The position numbers were made by a program, and so were the translations under genes. Of a DNA stretch of 64,000 nt, positions 1-9,600 are shown piece by piece. The first letter of the stretch is position 1; each line of letters opens with the position of its first letter. The notes beneath the pieces are model-generated. The model worked only from the letters and a program-made list of their open reading frames with translations, had not been told where the DNA came from and searched no databases. The stretch comes from Vicugna vicugna (lineage: Eukaryota), in the NCBI GenBank assembly GCA_013265495.1, contig MU057503.1:1-64000 (forward strand). The letters are read 5' to 3'.

Positions 1-41
1 TAAAATGATTATAAATCAATAAAAAATGTTAAAAAAAAAAG
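1..41 (+). mobile_element. Extreme 3' end and poly(A) tail of a young camelid-type L1 (runs off window start)
   Basis: taaaatgattataaatcaataaaaaatgtt followed by an A-run matches the 3' termini of the L1 copies at 28455-28490 and (reverse complement) 5033-5075. Confidence 0.85.
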
Positions 42-354
42 ACCCCGTATACAGAAACTAACATGCAGAGTATGTAAGAGTGTTACATGAATCTAATAAA
101 TCAATAATTTACTAACTCTGAAATAAAATTAATAGACCAAAATTTCTGTAACTTAAGCTATTTATTATGATCCTATCCGAAATATTTATTTCCACTAAAA
201 CAAATAATTTTTACGTAAAATAAAGGAAAGCATTCACAATGCCAACAAAATAGGTTTCAGTAACTCAATTTATTAGAGAAAAGTTGAGGTGTACTCTCTT
301 CTTTTTCACTCCTTTGCAAGTTCAGAAGCTCCCCACACAGTAGAGTTAAATTCT

Positions 355-575
355 CCTAATGCAAATTCTGGCTCAATTGCTTAGTAACTGAATGACTTTG
401 GGCAAGTTACTTTCTCTCTCTCTCTGGGTCTCAATCTGCTCCCCCGTAAAATGGAAATAATATTAGAACCTATTTCATCAAGTTGAAGTGAGGCTTATGT
501 GAGAGAATATTTGTGATCCACTAATCCAACAGAGCTTAAACACAAAAAATGTTGAATAAATGTTAGCCATTATAA
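355..575 (+). mobile_element. MIR SINE
   Basis: MIR core: tgactttgggcaagttactt...tctcaatctgctcccccgtaaaatggaaataatattagaacctatttcat, ending aataaatgttagccattat. Confidence 0.8.
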
Positions 576-1687
576 AATGTTCATTTTTCTTTGTTCTATG
601 TCATTTTATTTACTACAAGTTGACCTCGCAAACTCAAACAGGAAGACTATGGCTACATAGAAAGGATAGTTGGAGGCACATAGTTTGGATGGGAGAAGCA
701 CACTAGAGGACGACTCAATACATAGGATGCAGCTGTGCACTTCTGGTGATTAGAAATAGCTATCGGGTGGGTCCAGAGCACTGCAGACAGGATGCCCAAG
801 AAATGTTTTCAGCCAGCAACATCAAGCAGACCAGAACTCCAAAAACAAAAGTATATATAGTAACAGATTCGATGGTTAACATCCTTAACTCAATTACAGA
901 AAGTGTGTCTGTGTATAGACAAACTCAGATATGGGCATGACAGTAAAAGGTTTATACCTTGCTTTTCAGCCCTTTTTATCATTAGTACCTTAGATATAAC
1001 ATAAAGACCTGCCTGTTATGTTGTCAGCAAAGCAACATTTCAAAAAAAAAATAAAGTTCCAGAACACTTAAAGCTAAGCCTCAGACTAGGCAAAAATCTG
1101 AATTCACCTCAATGTCTTCAGCCTGAAGGAGATGGATACAAGTTACAAGACACTTTGAGCTTTAGGCCACTGAAACTTATTAAAAAAGAAAGGGAAGGTG
1201 TATTTTACTTTGAATTGCACTTTAAAGCAAAAGCAATATAACAGTACTTCTGGAATCTCATAAACTCTGAATAAAAATGGAGTAGTTCACAGTTAATGCT
1301 TTGTTTTATAAAGCTCTTCCAGATACTTGAAGTGTGAAAGCTGCTACTTTACATAAAACAACATTCTAGTCTATAAAGCTGTGTTCTAAATATAACACTC
1401 TGGTACACTTCATGGTATTTTAAAATGCATTGTTTTCTGGACGTGCATTTATTGGTGACGTCAGAACTAAAGAAGCATAAAACAGTATCCCAATTTAAGG
1501 TATGGGAACATTATGATTTTAACACAGAACCATATTTTTAAAATAGTATTTTTATCTTCTAAATATAATTAAGGAACAAAAATTATTCTCACACATATAA
1601 TAGGTTTTCCTGGATCACTGTAAGAGTTAATATTTAACTCACACATTCCGGGATGATTTTTCAAATGTCTACAATAAAAGAGCCTCT

Positions 1688-2029
1688 TGAGGGGGAACTG
1701 GATGAAGGTGGCCAAAAAGCACAACTTGCAGTTATAAGAGAAATAAATACTAGGAATGTAATGTACATGATTAATATAATCAATACTGCTTACATATAAA
1801 AGTCACATTTGAAAGTTGTTAAGAGCGTAAGTCCTAAGAGTTCTCATTACAAGGAAAAACTATTTTTTCTTTTCCTTTTATTTTTTTATCTGTATGAGAT
1901 AATGGATGTTCACTACACTTACTGTGGTAATCATTTCATGAGGTATGTTAGTCAAGTAATTACGTCGTATGCCTTAAACTTACCCAGCGGCATATGTCAA
2001 TTATATCTCAATAAAGCTGGAAGGGGAAA
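1688..2029 (+). mobile_element. 5'-truncated L1 3'UTR (L1MA9-like) with TSD
   Basis: Characteristic 3'UTR (ggatgaaggtggccaaaaag...gttataag...tttgaaagttgttaagag...tcaattatatctcaataaagctgg) and A-rich tail; direct repeat aaaagagcct at 1676-1685 and 2030-2039. Confidence 0.85.
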
Positions 2030-2225
2030 AAAAGAGCCTTTCCATCTGATTTTCCGCATACCATTTAGTCAGCTTATTACAACGTTAAGTATAGATATTT
2101 CCACATTCAGTTACCACTGGTATTAATTTTGACCTTAAGCAGCAGAATTAAACTTATCAAAGCTGATTATGTGTTATGAAGGTCACAGTTACTATTCTGC
2201 TACCATTTCAAGGACAAACTACAAG

Positions 2226-2710
2226 TGAAACCAAACAGGACACTGAGGGGGCCCTCTCAGGGACAAAAACCCCTTCAGGTCCCTTGGCTCCTGTTTGTAG
2301 AGAAGCTGTCATCTCCTAGGCCTCCCCTGAGTCACAAAAGAGCTCATCCAAGCAGTTCAGGATGAGCACGACAGAGTCACAGAATCTTTAGTTCCTCCCG
2401 GAAGAACACAGGGAACAGTGTCTGATGCACATTCCTGAGTGGCCCTGCAGGTACTGTAACTGCCACCAGAGGGACAAAGCTACCTGCATGATGACCACGC
2501 TGCAGCCACGACGTAAGCCCTTCACCCTGAGCAGCGCTGAATGCAGGGCTTGCACAATTCCAAAAAGTGGCCTCAAGAGAACGGGAACAAATCGGCCGTG
2601 GAGCGGAAGCTTAACTGTGCTGAAAAGCACCAGGATGACGCTGACCAGACCCCCGCGCGACCAGTTTCAAGAATTGCTGGAGCTGCCTGCTGTTCTGCAT
2701 GTAGCCCCCA
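2226..2710 (+). mobile_element. ERV1-class LTR, U3 portion only (LTR-A), truncated before TATA/R/U5
   Basis: Begins with TG at 2226. GC/CpG-rich; the ending gaccagtttcaagaattgctggagctg...ttctgcatgtagccccc resembles the pre-TATA part of laurasiatherian ERV1 LTRs as I recall them. No AATAAA/U5 follows. Confidence 0.6.
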
Positions 2711-3089
2711 CCTGCTCCTCTTATGTAAAGACCTTCTCGCAGGTTGGGACTAGGATTGAAAAGATAGGACACCAGGCCACCTGGCTCTAACAGACCTCAG
2801 ACCATCGTACTACCGTATTTCAAGGTGGATGAGATTGGTTTATTTTCTGTTTTCTAGGATTCCCTCTGGAATTAGGCCAATGTTTAAAGGAATCCTTAGA
2901 TTGGGACTAACTCTTTTACTAATTACTGTGGGGTTTTATCTTCTAGTCAAGGGGGTCATAATAGGCATGATGACTCTTTGCAAAAGAATTACTAGAAAGG
3001 GTGGTGATGAGATGCTTCTTTTGGAATCTCAGCCAGCACATAAGGGAACCAAAGACTTTCTTACACCGTGTCAGATGCCTCCACTCTAA
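2710..3089 (+). pseudogene. env: Decayed retroviral env, TM subunit C-terminal half (gamma-type/class I)
   Basis: Reconstructed TCSSYVKTFSQVGTRIEKIGHQATWL*QTSDHRTTVFQGG*DWF, frameshift, LFSRIPSGIRPMFKGILRLGLTLLLITVGFYLLVKGVIIGMMTLCKR. This fits the end of the CX6CC loop, HR2, a membrane-proximal region and a hydrophobic anchor. Stops at 2788-2790 and 2830-2832, frameshift near 2845. Lies directly upstream of a PPT and LTR. Confidence 0.8.
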
Positions 3090-3187
3090 GAACCCTTCGT
3101 TGCCCAATGCTCAGCTTGAAGAAGTTACTGAAGGCAGACCTTTGCTCATTTTCCAAAGAAATGGAAGGAAAATCTGACAGTGGGGAC

Positions 3188-3737
3188 TGTAACTGAGGCA
3201 GTGATCCAGTAACTAGGGACTCAGCTCCTCAGTGTTATTCCACCTCTATTTCTTACTTATGAGATGGCTGTGATCTTGTGCTTCCCATGCCTGACCTCCA
3301 CCCTAGTTCACCGTTAACTTGGAGTGTCTTGCTGCTGATGGAGAAAGCTGTTGATGCACACTGAGACTGAAGACAGGTTGTTCTGTAAGCTTCACCTTTA
3401 TCCCTTACTCTCCAGAAACAGCTAAACAAAGATTTATGGTTCAGATAATGTTCCAACCGCAAGCAATACCTGACAGTTACCTGGAACCTCGTGGTAGAGA
3501 TAATCATCTCTGAAAATAGACAATTACCCTCTTCCCAGCACACAGCCCCCACTTCTTTTCCCTACATAATTTTTGAGCAAAAGCTGGGAAGCTGGAAGTT
3601 GGTTCTTTGGGACATGAGTACACTTTCTCCCTAGGATGGCCAGCTTCCTCAATAAAGCTTTCTTTCTTCTTACCCAACACTTGTCTCTCAGTACTGGGTT
3701 CTTGAGTGATGAGCAGCCAAATCTGAATTCAGTAATC
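3188..3737 (+). mobile_element. ERV1-class 3' LTR (LTR-B) preceded by polypurine tract
   Basis: PPT-like gaaatggaaggaaaatctgacagtggggac, then TGTAAC at 3188. AATAAA at ~3651; U5-like ccaacacttgtctctc...gagcagccaaatctgaattcagtaa typical of ERV1 LTR ends. Confidence 0.85.
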
Positions 3738-3831
3738 CAAGGACAGGGGAAAAGAATGATTTCAAATAATATTCAATTAAAGACATCAATAGTTATCTAA
3801 GGAGATACTACCTATCTAATTATATTTTACA

Positions 3832-4157
3832 TAGTATTTTTCAAACTGCGTGTTGTCACTTAATGTGCCCGAAGGTAAATTTAGTGGCTCACAATGTGAT
3901 TTTAGTTAAATGATAGAACAGAAATATTATATATCACAAAATACTGAAAATATCAGAATATTCAAATATTCAAACATTGATACAGAATATTGAGAAATAT
4001 TCAAATATTGAAAGTATATCAAGAAATATTAAAGTATGTGTAACAGAAGTATCTTTTCACAAAATACCTTTTTCGGTTATGTATTTGTGCATACTGAGTT
4101 GTAATTCAAATCTATTTCCTATTATAGTAAGTGTGGAAAACCTTTGAAAGTCAATAG
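3832..4157. mobile_element. hAT-Charlie-type MITE, degraded, with internal AT-rich tandem expansion
   Basis: Degenerate TIRs tagtatttttcaaact ... ctttgaaagtcaatag; internal aatttagtggctcac and tatttcctattat resemble Charlie-family MITEs; aaatatt-like units repeat at 3920-4030. Confidence 0.55.
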
Positions 4158-4519
4158 AGAACTATTATGCGTAAATTTAAGTACAAAAGTAAAATGTAAA
4201 ATTCTTGACTCTTGCTTACAGTTTATCTCTATAATTCACTTCTCACACAAAACCAAGAACTTTAAACACTTCCACAACATCTAACATTTGATCAAATACA
4301 GAAAGTTTTTTCTTCGCATTAAGGTCCAAATTTTCATTCCTGAAGTCACAAATGTTTGGCCACCCAGAGAAAATGGAAGTCAAGGACCACCTCAGATACT
4401 GGCTCCTGCAGGCTGAACAGGTGCTGCCTGCCTCTTATATAACCAAAAAAAAAAAAAAAAGGGCAAATCTTTTCTTAGAAGCACGAAGAAGTGGTTTCTA
4501 ATCCTTTTTCAGGACAAGA

Positions 4520-5023
4520 TTGGCTAGTATTTGTTCTGTTTAGGGCTTTTCCATCCGCATTCCTAAGACAGAAAGGCCGGCAACTTTCTTCTCTCATACT
4601 GTCCTTTTCTTATTTTAGTGTCAAGATTGTGCGATACCCTCCCATTGCTATTCTCTGGAAAAGTTTGTGGCGGGATATTAGAATTACTTGTTTCTTGAAT
4701 GTTAGAATGACAGCCTATAATATTAACAGCCTTAATTTCTTCAGTGCTTATAGAATCTTTCCAGGTTTTCCATTTATTTTTGAGTTTTGGTAGACTGATT
4801 TTCTAAAAACCTTTTCCATTTTTGCTGTAGTTTTCAAACTTACTGCCTTTCAGTTTTTTACAGTATCTTTCTGATCTTGTTAATTTCCCACGAATGTCCC
4901 TTTTTTTATTCTTACTAATTTTTCTTGCTTTTTCTCGTGATCCATCTTGCTAGATTTGCTTGTTATGCTATTGTTTTCAAAGAAACAAATTTGGTTTTGT
5001 TGATCCTATCTCTTAAAACCTAA
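4520..5023 (-). mobile_element. Old L1 (L1M) ORF2 fragment
   Basis: T-rich antisense L1 ORF2-like motifs (ctattctctggaaaagtttgtg...ttcttgaatgttaga; ttttcaaagaaacaaatttggttttgttgatc). Confidence 0.65.
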
Positions 5024-5032
5024 AATCTTTCT

Positions 5033-5311
5033 TTTTTTAAAACATTTTTATTGAGTTATATAGTCATTTTACAATGTTGTGTCAAATTCCAGTGCAGAGC
5101 ACAATTTTTCAGTTACACATAAACATACATACATTCATTGTCACATTCTCCTTCGCTGTGAGCCATAGACATAGAATACAAACTTGTGGTTGCCAGGGGG
5201 ACGGCGGTGGGAAGGGACAGACTGGGATTTCAAAATGTAGAATAGATAAACAAGATTGTTCTGTGTAGCACAGGGAGATAGATATAGGATCCTGTGGTGG
5301 CTCACAGTGAG
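5033..5311 (-). mobile_element. Young camelid L1 3' end with 5' inversion (twin priming), 9-bp TSD
   Basis: 5033-5165 is the reverse complement of the L1 terminus and poly(A); 5166-5310 is the adjacent upstream L1 3'UTR in + orientation (compare 28250-28370). TSD aatctttct at 5024-5032 and 5312-5320. Confidence 0.92.
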
Positions 5312-5744
5312 AATCTTTCTAAACAATGATTATATTGGGGCTTATTCCTGTATTATACTGTGTGCTATTTTTCTTTAAGAAAGCTGAAGTGATTTTACTT
5401 TTGTTTCCATCACTTGGTTTCTAAAACTGCCCACTTGGGGTGGGTCTGAGGTTTAGCCGTGGTCCTCTGCCCTGAGTAGCTACTGCACAGTTCTTAGAGG
5501 CAAATGCCTTTAGGGATGTTTTAAGTATTAAATATTTTCGACAGTGAATGGGGTGGTAAAAGGGAAGTCACAAGATTTGAGTAAAAAAATGCTACATTTT
5601 TAGTATTCTCTTTTTAATATAAGTTAATTCTATTGCCACAAAGAGGTTTCTGACGCTGTGAGGTACAAGAATTAACTTTAGAGAGTGGAGGCACCACAGG
5701 AATAGGAAAGCTATAAGGTGCCAGAAGAAGCAGGCATCACTTAC

Positions 5745-5880
5745 ACACTAACTGAACAAAATATTTACTGAGCACCCACAGGGTACCAGATCAGAATATT
5801 CTCCAGCTTTAGACACACATCAGTAGACAAAACCGACCAAAATCTCTGTGCCCACAGGAAACCTGCATTCTAGCATATTA
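5745..5880 (-). mobile_element. L2 3' end fragment
   Basis: aacaaaatatttactgagcacc...agacaaaaccgaccaaaatctctgtgcccacaggaaacctgcattctag resembles the antisense L2 terminus. Confidence 0.65.
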
Positions 5881-6739
5881 TTAAGCATGAAGACATGAAG
5901 CTATTTACTGTGAGAGTGGAAAAGCTTCTTTGGCAGCAAGAGGCCCAAGGAAGGCTCAGAACAAAAGAGATGTAAACTCATGAACTTCTTCTACTTGGCC
6001 ACTTGACTGAAAACCAGATCTGATCCTTCATTTTCAAGATAAAAGTCATTATCTTAAAACGTTTGCTATGTCCGTTAATAACGCTCTGTCCTGTAGGGGG
6101 AGCTCAAGCTGCTTGCATCTGGATGGGGAGCACTCCCGGAGGATAAAACTTAAAATAATACTCGAACAAGAAGCAAAGGCCTTTCCTCCTATGCTTGGAG
6201 TGTCCTTTACCACTCTGAATTCCTTTTTTCCTTTTTTTTTTTTTTTAAAGAATATTGCTCTCTTGACCCTCAGCTTTATTTTGAAGTGTTTGCTACCACG
6301 CAGTAAGTGTGGAAAGACAGTCTTCAGGCTGCCTCAGTGGGGAGCCTCTCTCCCTTCCCTACTCTGACAACAACTGTGAGTGGACCGAGTGGGCCAGTTA
6401 GATCTGCTCTAAACCTCAGCAGGAAATGGGGTACTTTTTTCCTTGGGTTCATCTTCCCCTACTCATTATCTTGGTAGTGAGACCACATGGATCAAGTTCA
6501 AAGTGTGGGCCTGGGGGAAGGGCCAAGGAGTACGATGGGGTTTGTTTTTAGTCCAGGCCTTACATTGGAAAGACAAAGAATGCTGGAAGCCCACACACAG
6601 TTCAACCCAACTTATGAGGGCCAGGAGTTTGGAACCAAAACGTGTAATGACAACAGGAGTCATTACATCAAAGTATCTCACTCTGCAAGCTTCCTCGAGA
6701 CCCTGCAGCTGTGGTGGAGAGCTGGCCAAGGGTGTAGCA

Positions 6740-6935
6740 GTATAGGGTCCAGGCCAACTCAGCCTCTTTCCACCCTGACGTCACATCTAATAAGGTCCAA
6801 CCCTACGAAACAGAGAATTTTATCATACCTCTTTTACAAGTGAGGAAACCAAGACTTGGAAGTCAAATGAACTGCCCAAGATCACGTGGCTAGTGAAGAG
6901 AAAAACTAGGTTCTGGTACAGATTCTTCACTCAAC
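6740..6935 (-). mobile_element. MIR SINE
   Basis: ttttacaagtgaggaaaccaagac...aactgcccaagatcacgtggctagtga is the antisense MIR core. Confidence 0.75.
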
Positions 6936-7138
6936 TATGCTGATTTACTGAAGGACCTGGCTATTTTCCATTGGTGTTTGTACCATAGGCAGCGGTTTTC
7001 ATTCATGGTCCTCAAAATCACCCAGCAAGGTATTAGAGCAACTGCTTTATTCCATTTTACAAAAAAAAAAAAAAAAGTCGAATACCACTGTCCCCTTGTC
7101 TTCGTCTGCTTGGAATGGCGTGGAGCAGTAAACCCTCT

Positions 7139-8043
7139 TGTTTATTAGCTTTCTGTTGTTGCCACAACAAATTACCATGAACACTGTGGCTTACAACAAC
7201 AGAAATTTATTTTCTTACAGTTCTGTAGCTCACCATACTAAAATCAAGGTGTGGGTAGGCTGCATTCTTTTCTGGAGGCTCTAAGAGAAAACCCATCTCT
7301 TGCTTGTTGACAAAATTCAGTTAGTTGCAGTTGTAAAATCAAGCTATTTCCCTGCTGTTTATAGGAAGAGGCCTTTCCCAGTTTTTAAAGGCCACTGCAT
7401 TCCTTGGCTCAGAGTCCCCTTCCTCTATCTTCAAAGCCCCTCCCACAAATCTTTCCTCCCCCTCCTTCTGTCTCCTCTCTCTGACCCAGCAGGAAAAGGT
7501 GTTCCACTCTTAAGAACTCATATGATTAGACTGAGCCCACCTAGATCATCCAGAAAAGTCTCCCACCTTACCCATGACCCTCACCCTTACCCTTGATCAC
7601 ATCTTCAGAGACTCTTTTGCCATTGTTATTGGCTGCACTGCATCCCCCCAAAATTCCTATGTCAAAATCTGAACCCCCAGTGTCATGATATTTGGAAGTA
7701 GGACCTTTGGGAAGTGATTAGATCATCAGAGTGGAACCCACATGAACAAGATTAGTGCCTTATAGAAGAGGCCCCACAAAGTTCTCTCTCACCCTCTCCA
7801 TCATGAATGGATAAAACAAGAAAACAGCCATCTGCAGCCCAGGAGAGGGTCCTCACTGGAACCTTAGTCCCAGCCTCCTCAACCGTGAGAGAGAGTTCCT
7901 GCTGTTCCTGAGTCCCCCCGGGCTACGACATTCTGTTACAGCAGCTGTAGTGGCTGACACAGCCATGGCAGGTAACGTGATCACAGGTCCTGAGGTCTCA
8001 GGACACAGACGTCCTTAGGGATCTATTACTGTGCCTACCACGC
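7139..8043 (-). mobile_element. MaLR LTR (MLT1D/E-like), interrupted by a nested MLT1A-like LTR
   Basis: tattagctttctgttgttgccacaacaaattaccatg...aatcaaggtgtgggtaggctgcattcttttctggaggctct...cttttgccat, resuming ggcaggtaacgtgatcacagg...ctgtgcctaccac. Confidence 0.85.
7624..7961 (+). mobile_element. MaLR solo LTR (MLT1A-like) with 5-bp TSD
   Basis: TG...CA termini; ccccccaaaattcctatgtcaaaatc...tatttggaagtaggacctttgggaagtgattagatcat; TSD gccat at 7619-7623 and 7962-7966. Confidence 0.88.
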
Positions 8044-9399
8044 AGCCCGAGTGACTTGACTCCATGACGGTCCTTAAGCAGGAAAGTCGTGCTGGCTACA
8101 GAGGCTGGGTTGGGAAGGAGGAAAAGGTTTATTACTGGCCTCTTTTGTATGCACAGCACAAAATGGGAGGCTTCAGGTTATTGCTATAATTAAATTACTA
8201 TTATATAAATGTGATTTTAGAAAGTTTTGAAAGAAGAAATAAACTTCCTAAATAATGAGAATAGAATTTTCTATTAGGGTGGACTTGTTTTGTGATACAG
8301 AACTAACAACTTCGCAAGCTATGTACTGTTAAGTTCCTATTACACGCCATCAAGATGTTTTATGAAACAATAATAATCCGAATCTTTAATACCAAACCAC
8401 GTCACAATAGGGAACTATTATTTGTTTCCATAAAAATTTTAATAATGACAATACATTTTTTTCTTTCTCTAGATTTATGCTGGTCTTACTTTATCACTTC
8501 AGGATAATTGCCCTTTTTTGTGATGTAAGTGTTTTCCATTAATTCATCCTGAAAGGGAAAATTTTAAATTGCTTGTGATTTCAGAGCACATTTACTTATT
8601 CCATTAGAAGATTCATTTCTTTTCCAGTATTACTTAGTCATTTTAGCCTTCTTATAAGTGATGTGCTTTGTAGAAGGGAAAACTGGTTATAATCTCTTAC
8701 TCCTGAAGTTGTCCCCAAATCTTGACATGAAATAATCCCACAATTTCTGAGGCCAATCTAAGCCAATAAATATAATAATTGGGCTAGTTAAGCATCGTCT
8801 TTGTGTTATGAGTAAATGCAGAAGCCACATCTTACCATAAAATTCTTATTCATGTATCTCCTGAAGTTTATCTGAGGAAACAGAAATACATATTCCATAA
8901 ATAGTTTGGGCTAACCTTTAGTCAATGCCTTTGGGATCTTTCTATACCAATGAAATCCATTCAATATGCAGCTTGAGAAAAAGCACCTTTGATCAAAAGG
9001 CAGATACGGAGGCAATGAAGTGTTCATATTAATGCTTAACCAAACCATACCTCCCCATCTCTCTATCTGCCCAATGACTGCTATTCACACTGTAAATTCT
9101 TCATTTTCCAAATGGGAATAAAGTATTTTGATACATCAAATATTATGGGGAATAGAGATACGTGACATACAGAAAACTTATAATCAAAAACCTTTATAAA
9201 CAAAGTTTAATCATCACTAATGATATCCCAGAAATGATTCCAAATACAAAGGAAGTTAATCGTTTGAGGTTGAGTAGGTGGTAGGCATGCACAAAAACAG
9301 GTGGGATGGTCCTTTTGTTCAAGGGCAAGAAGAGAAAAGCAACTCTGCAGAGAAATGCAAACGCGAGCTGTTACTTACTCTTCACTTCCTCTGTTCCTG

Positions 9400-9600
9400 A
9401 GATGGTGCAAGGGCTTGACGGGCATTAACACGTTCCTAACAAGAGCTGTGTCGTTTGTGAGGTACGACCATTTCTGATATGAGGAAACTGAGGCTCGGGA
9501 GCCTTTTTTAAACTTTGCTTAAGCTCAAACACCTAATTAAAGTGTCAGAGTTGGGATTTTTGAATCTGAGACTGAGTTCAAAGTTGATGATCTTTCTGAA
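9400..9600 (-). mobile_element. MIR SINE
   Basis: ccatttctgatatgaggaaactgaggctcgggag...aactttgcttaagctcaaacacc...gtgtcagagttgggattt. Confidence 0.7.

Noticed and set aside
2541..2753. ORF with AACCSACS as the env CX6CC motif
   Set aside because: Cysteine spacing is wrong, it is in a different frame from the TM remnant, and the DNA looks like LTR U3.
6443..6843. Three overlapping ORFs of 87-118 aa
   Set aside because: No family resemblance; the longest runs into a MIR; explained by locally higher GC.
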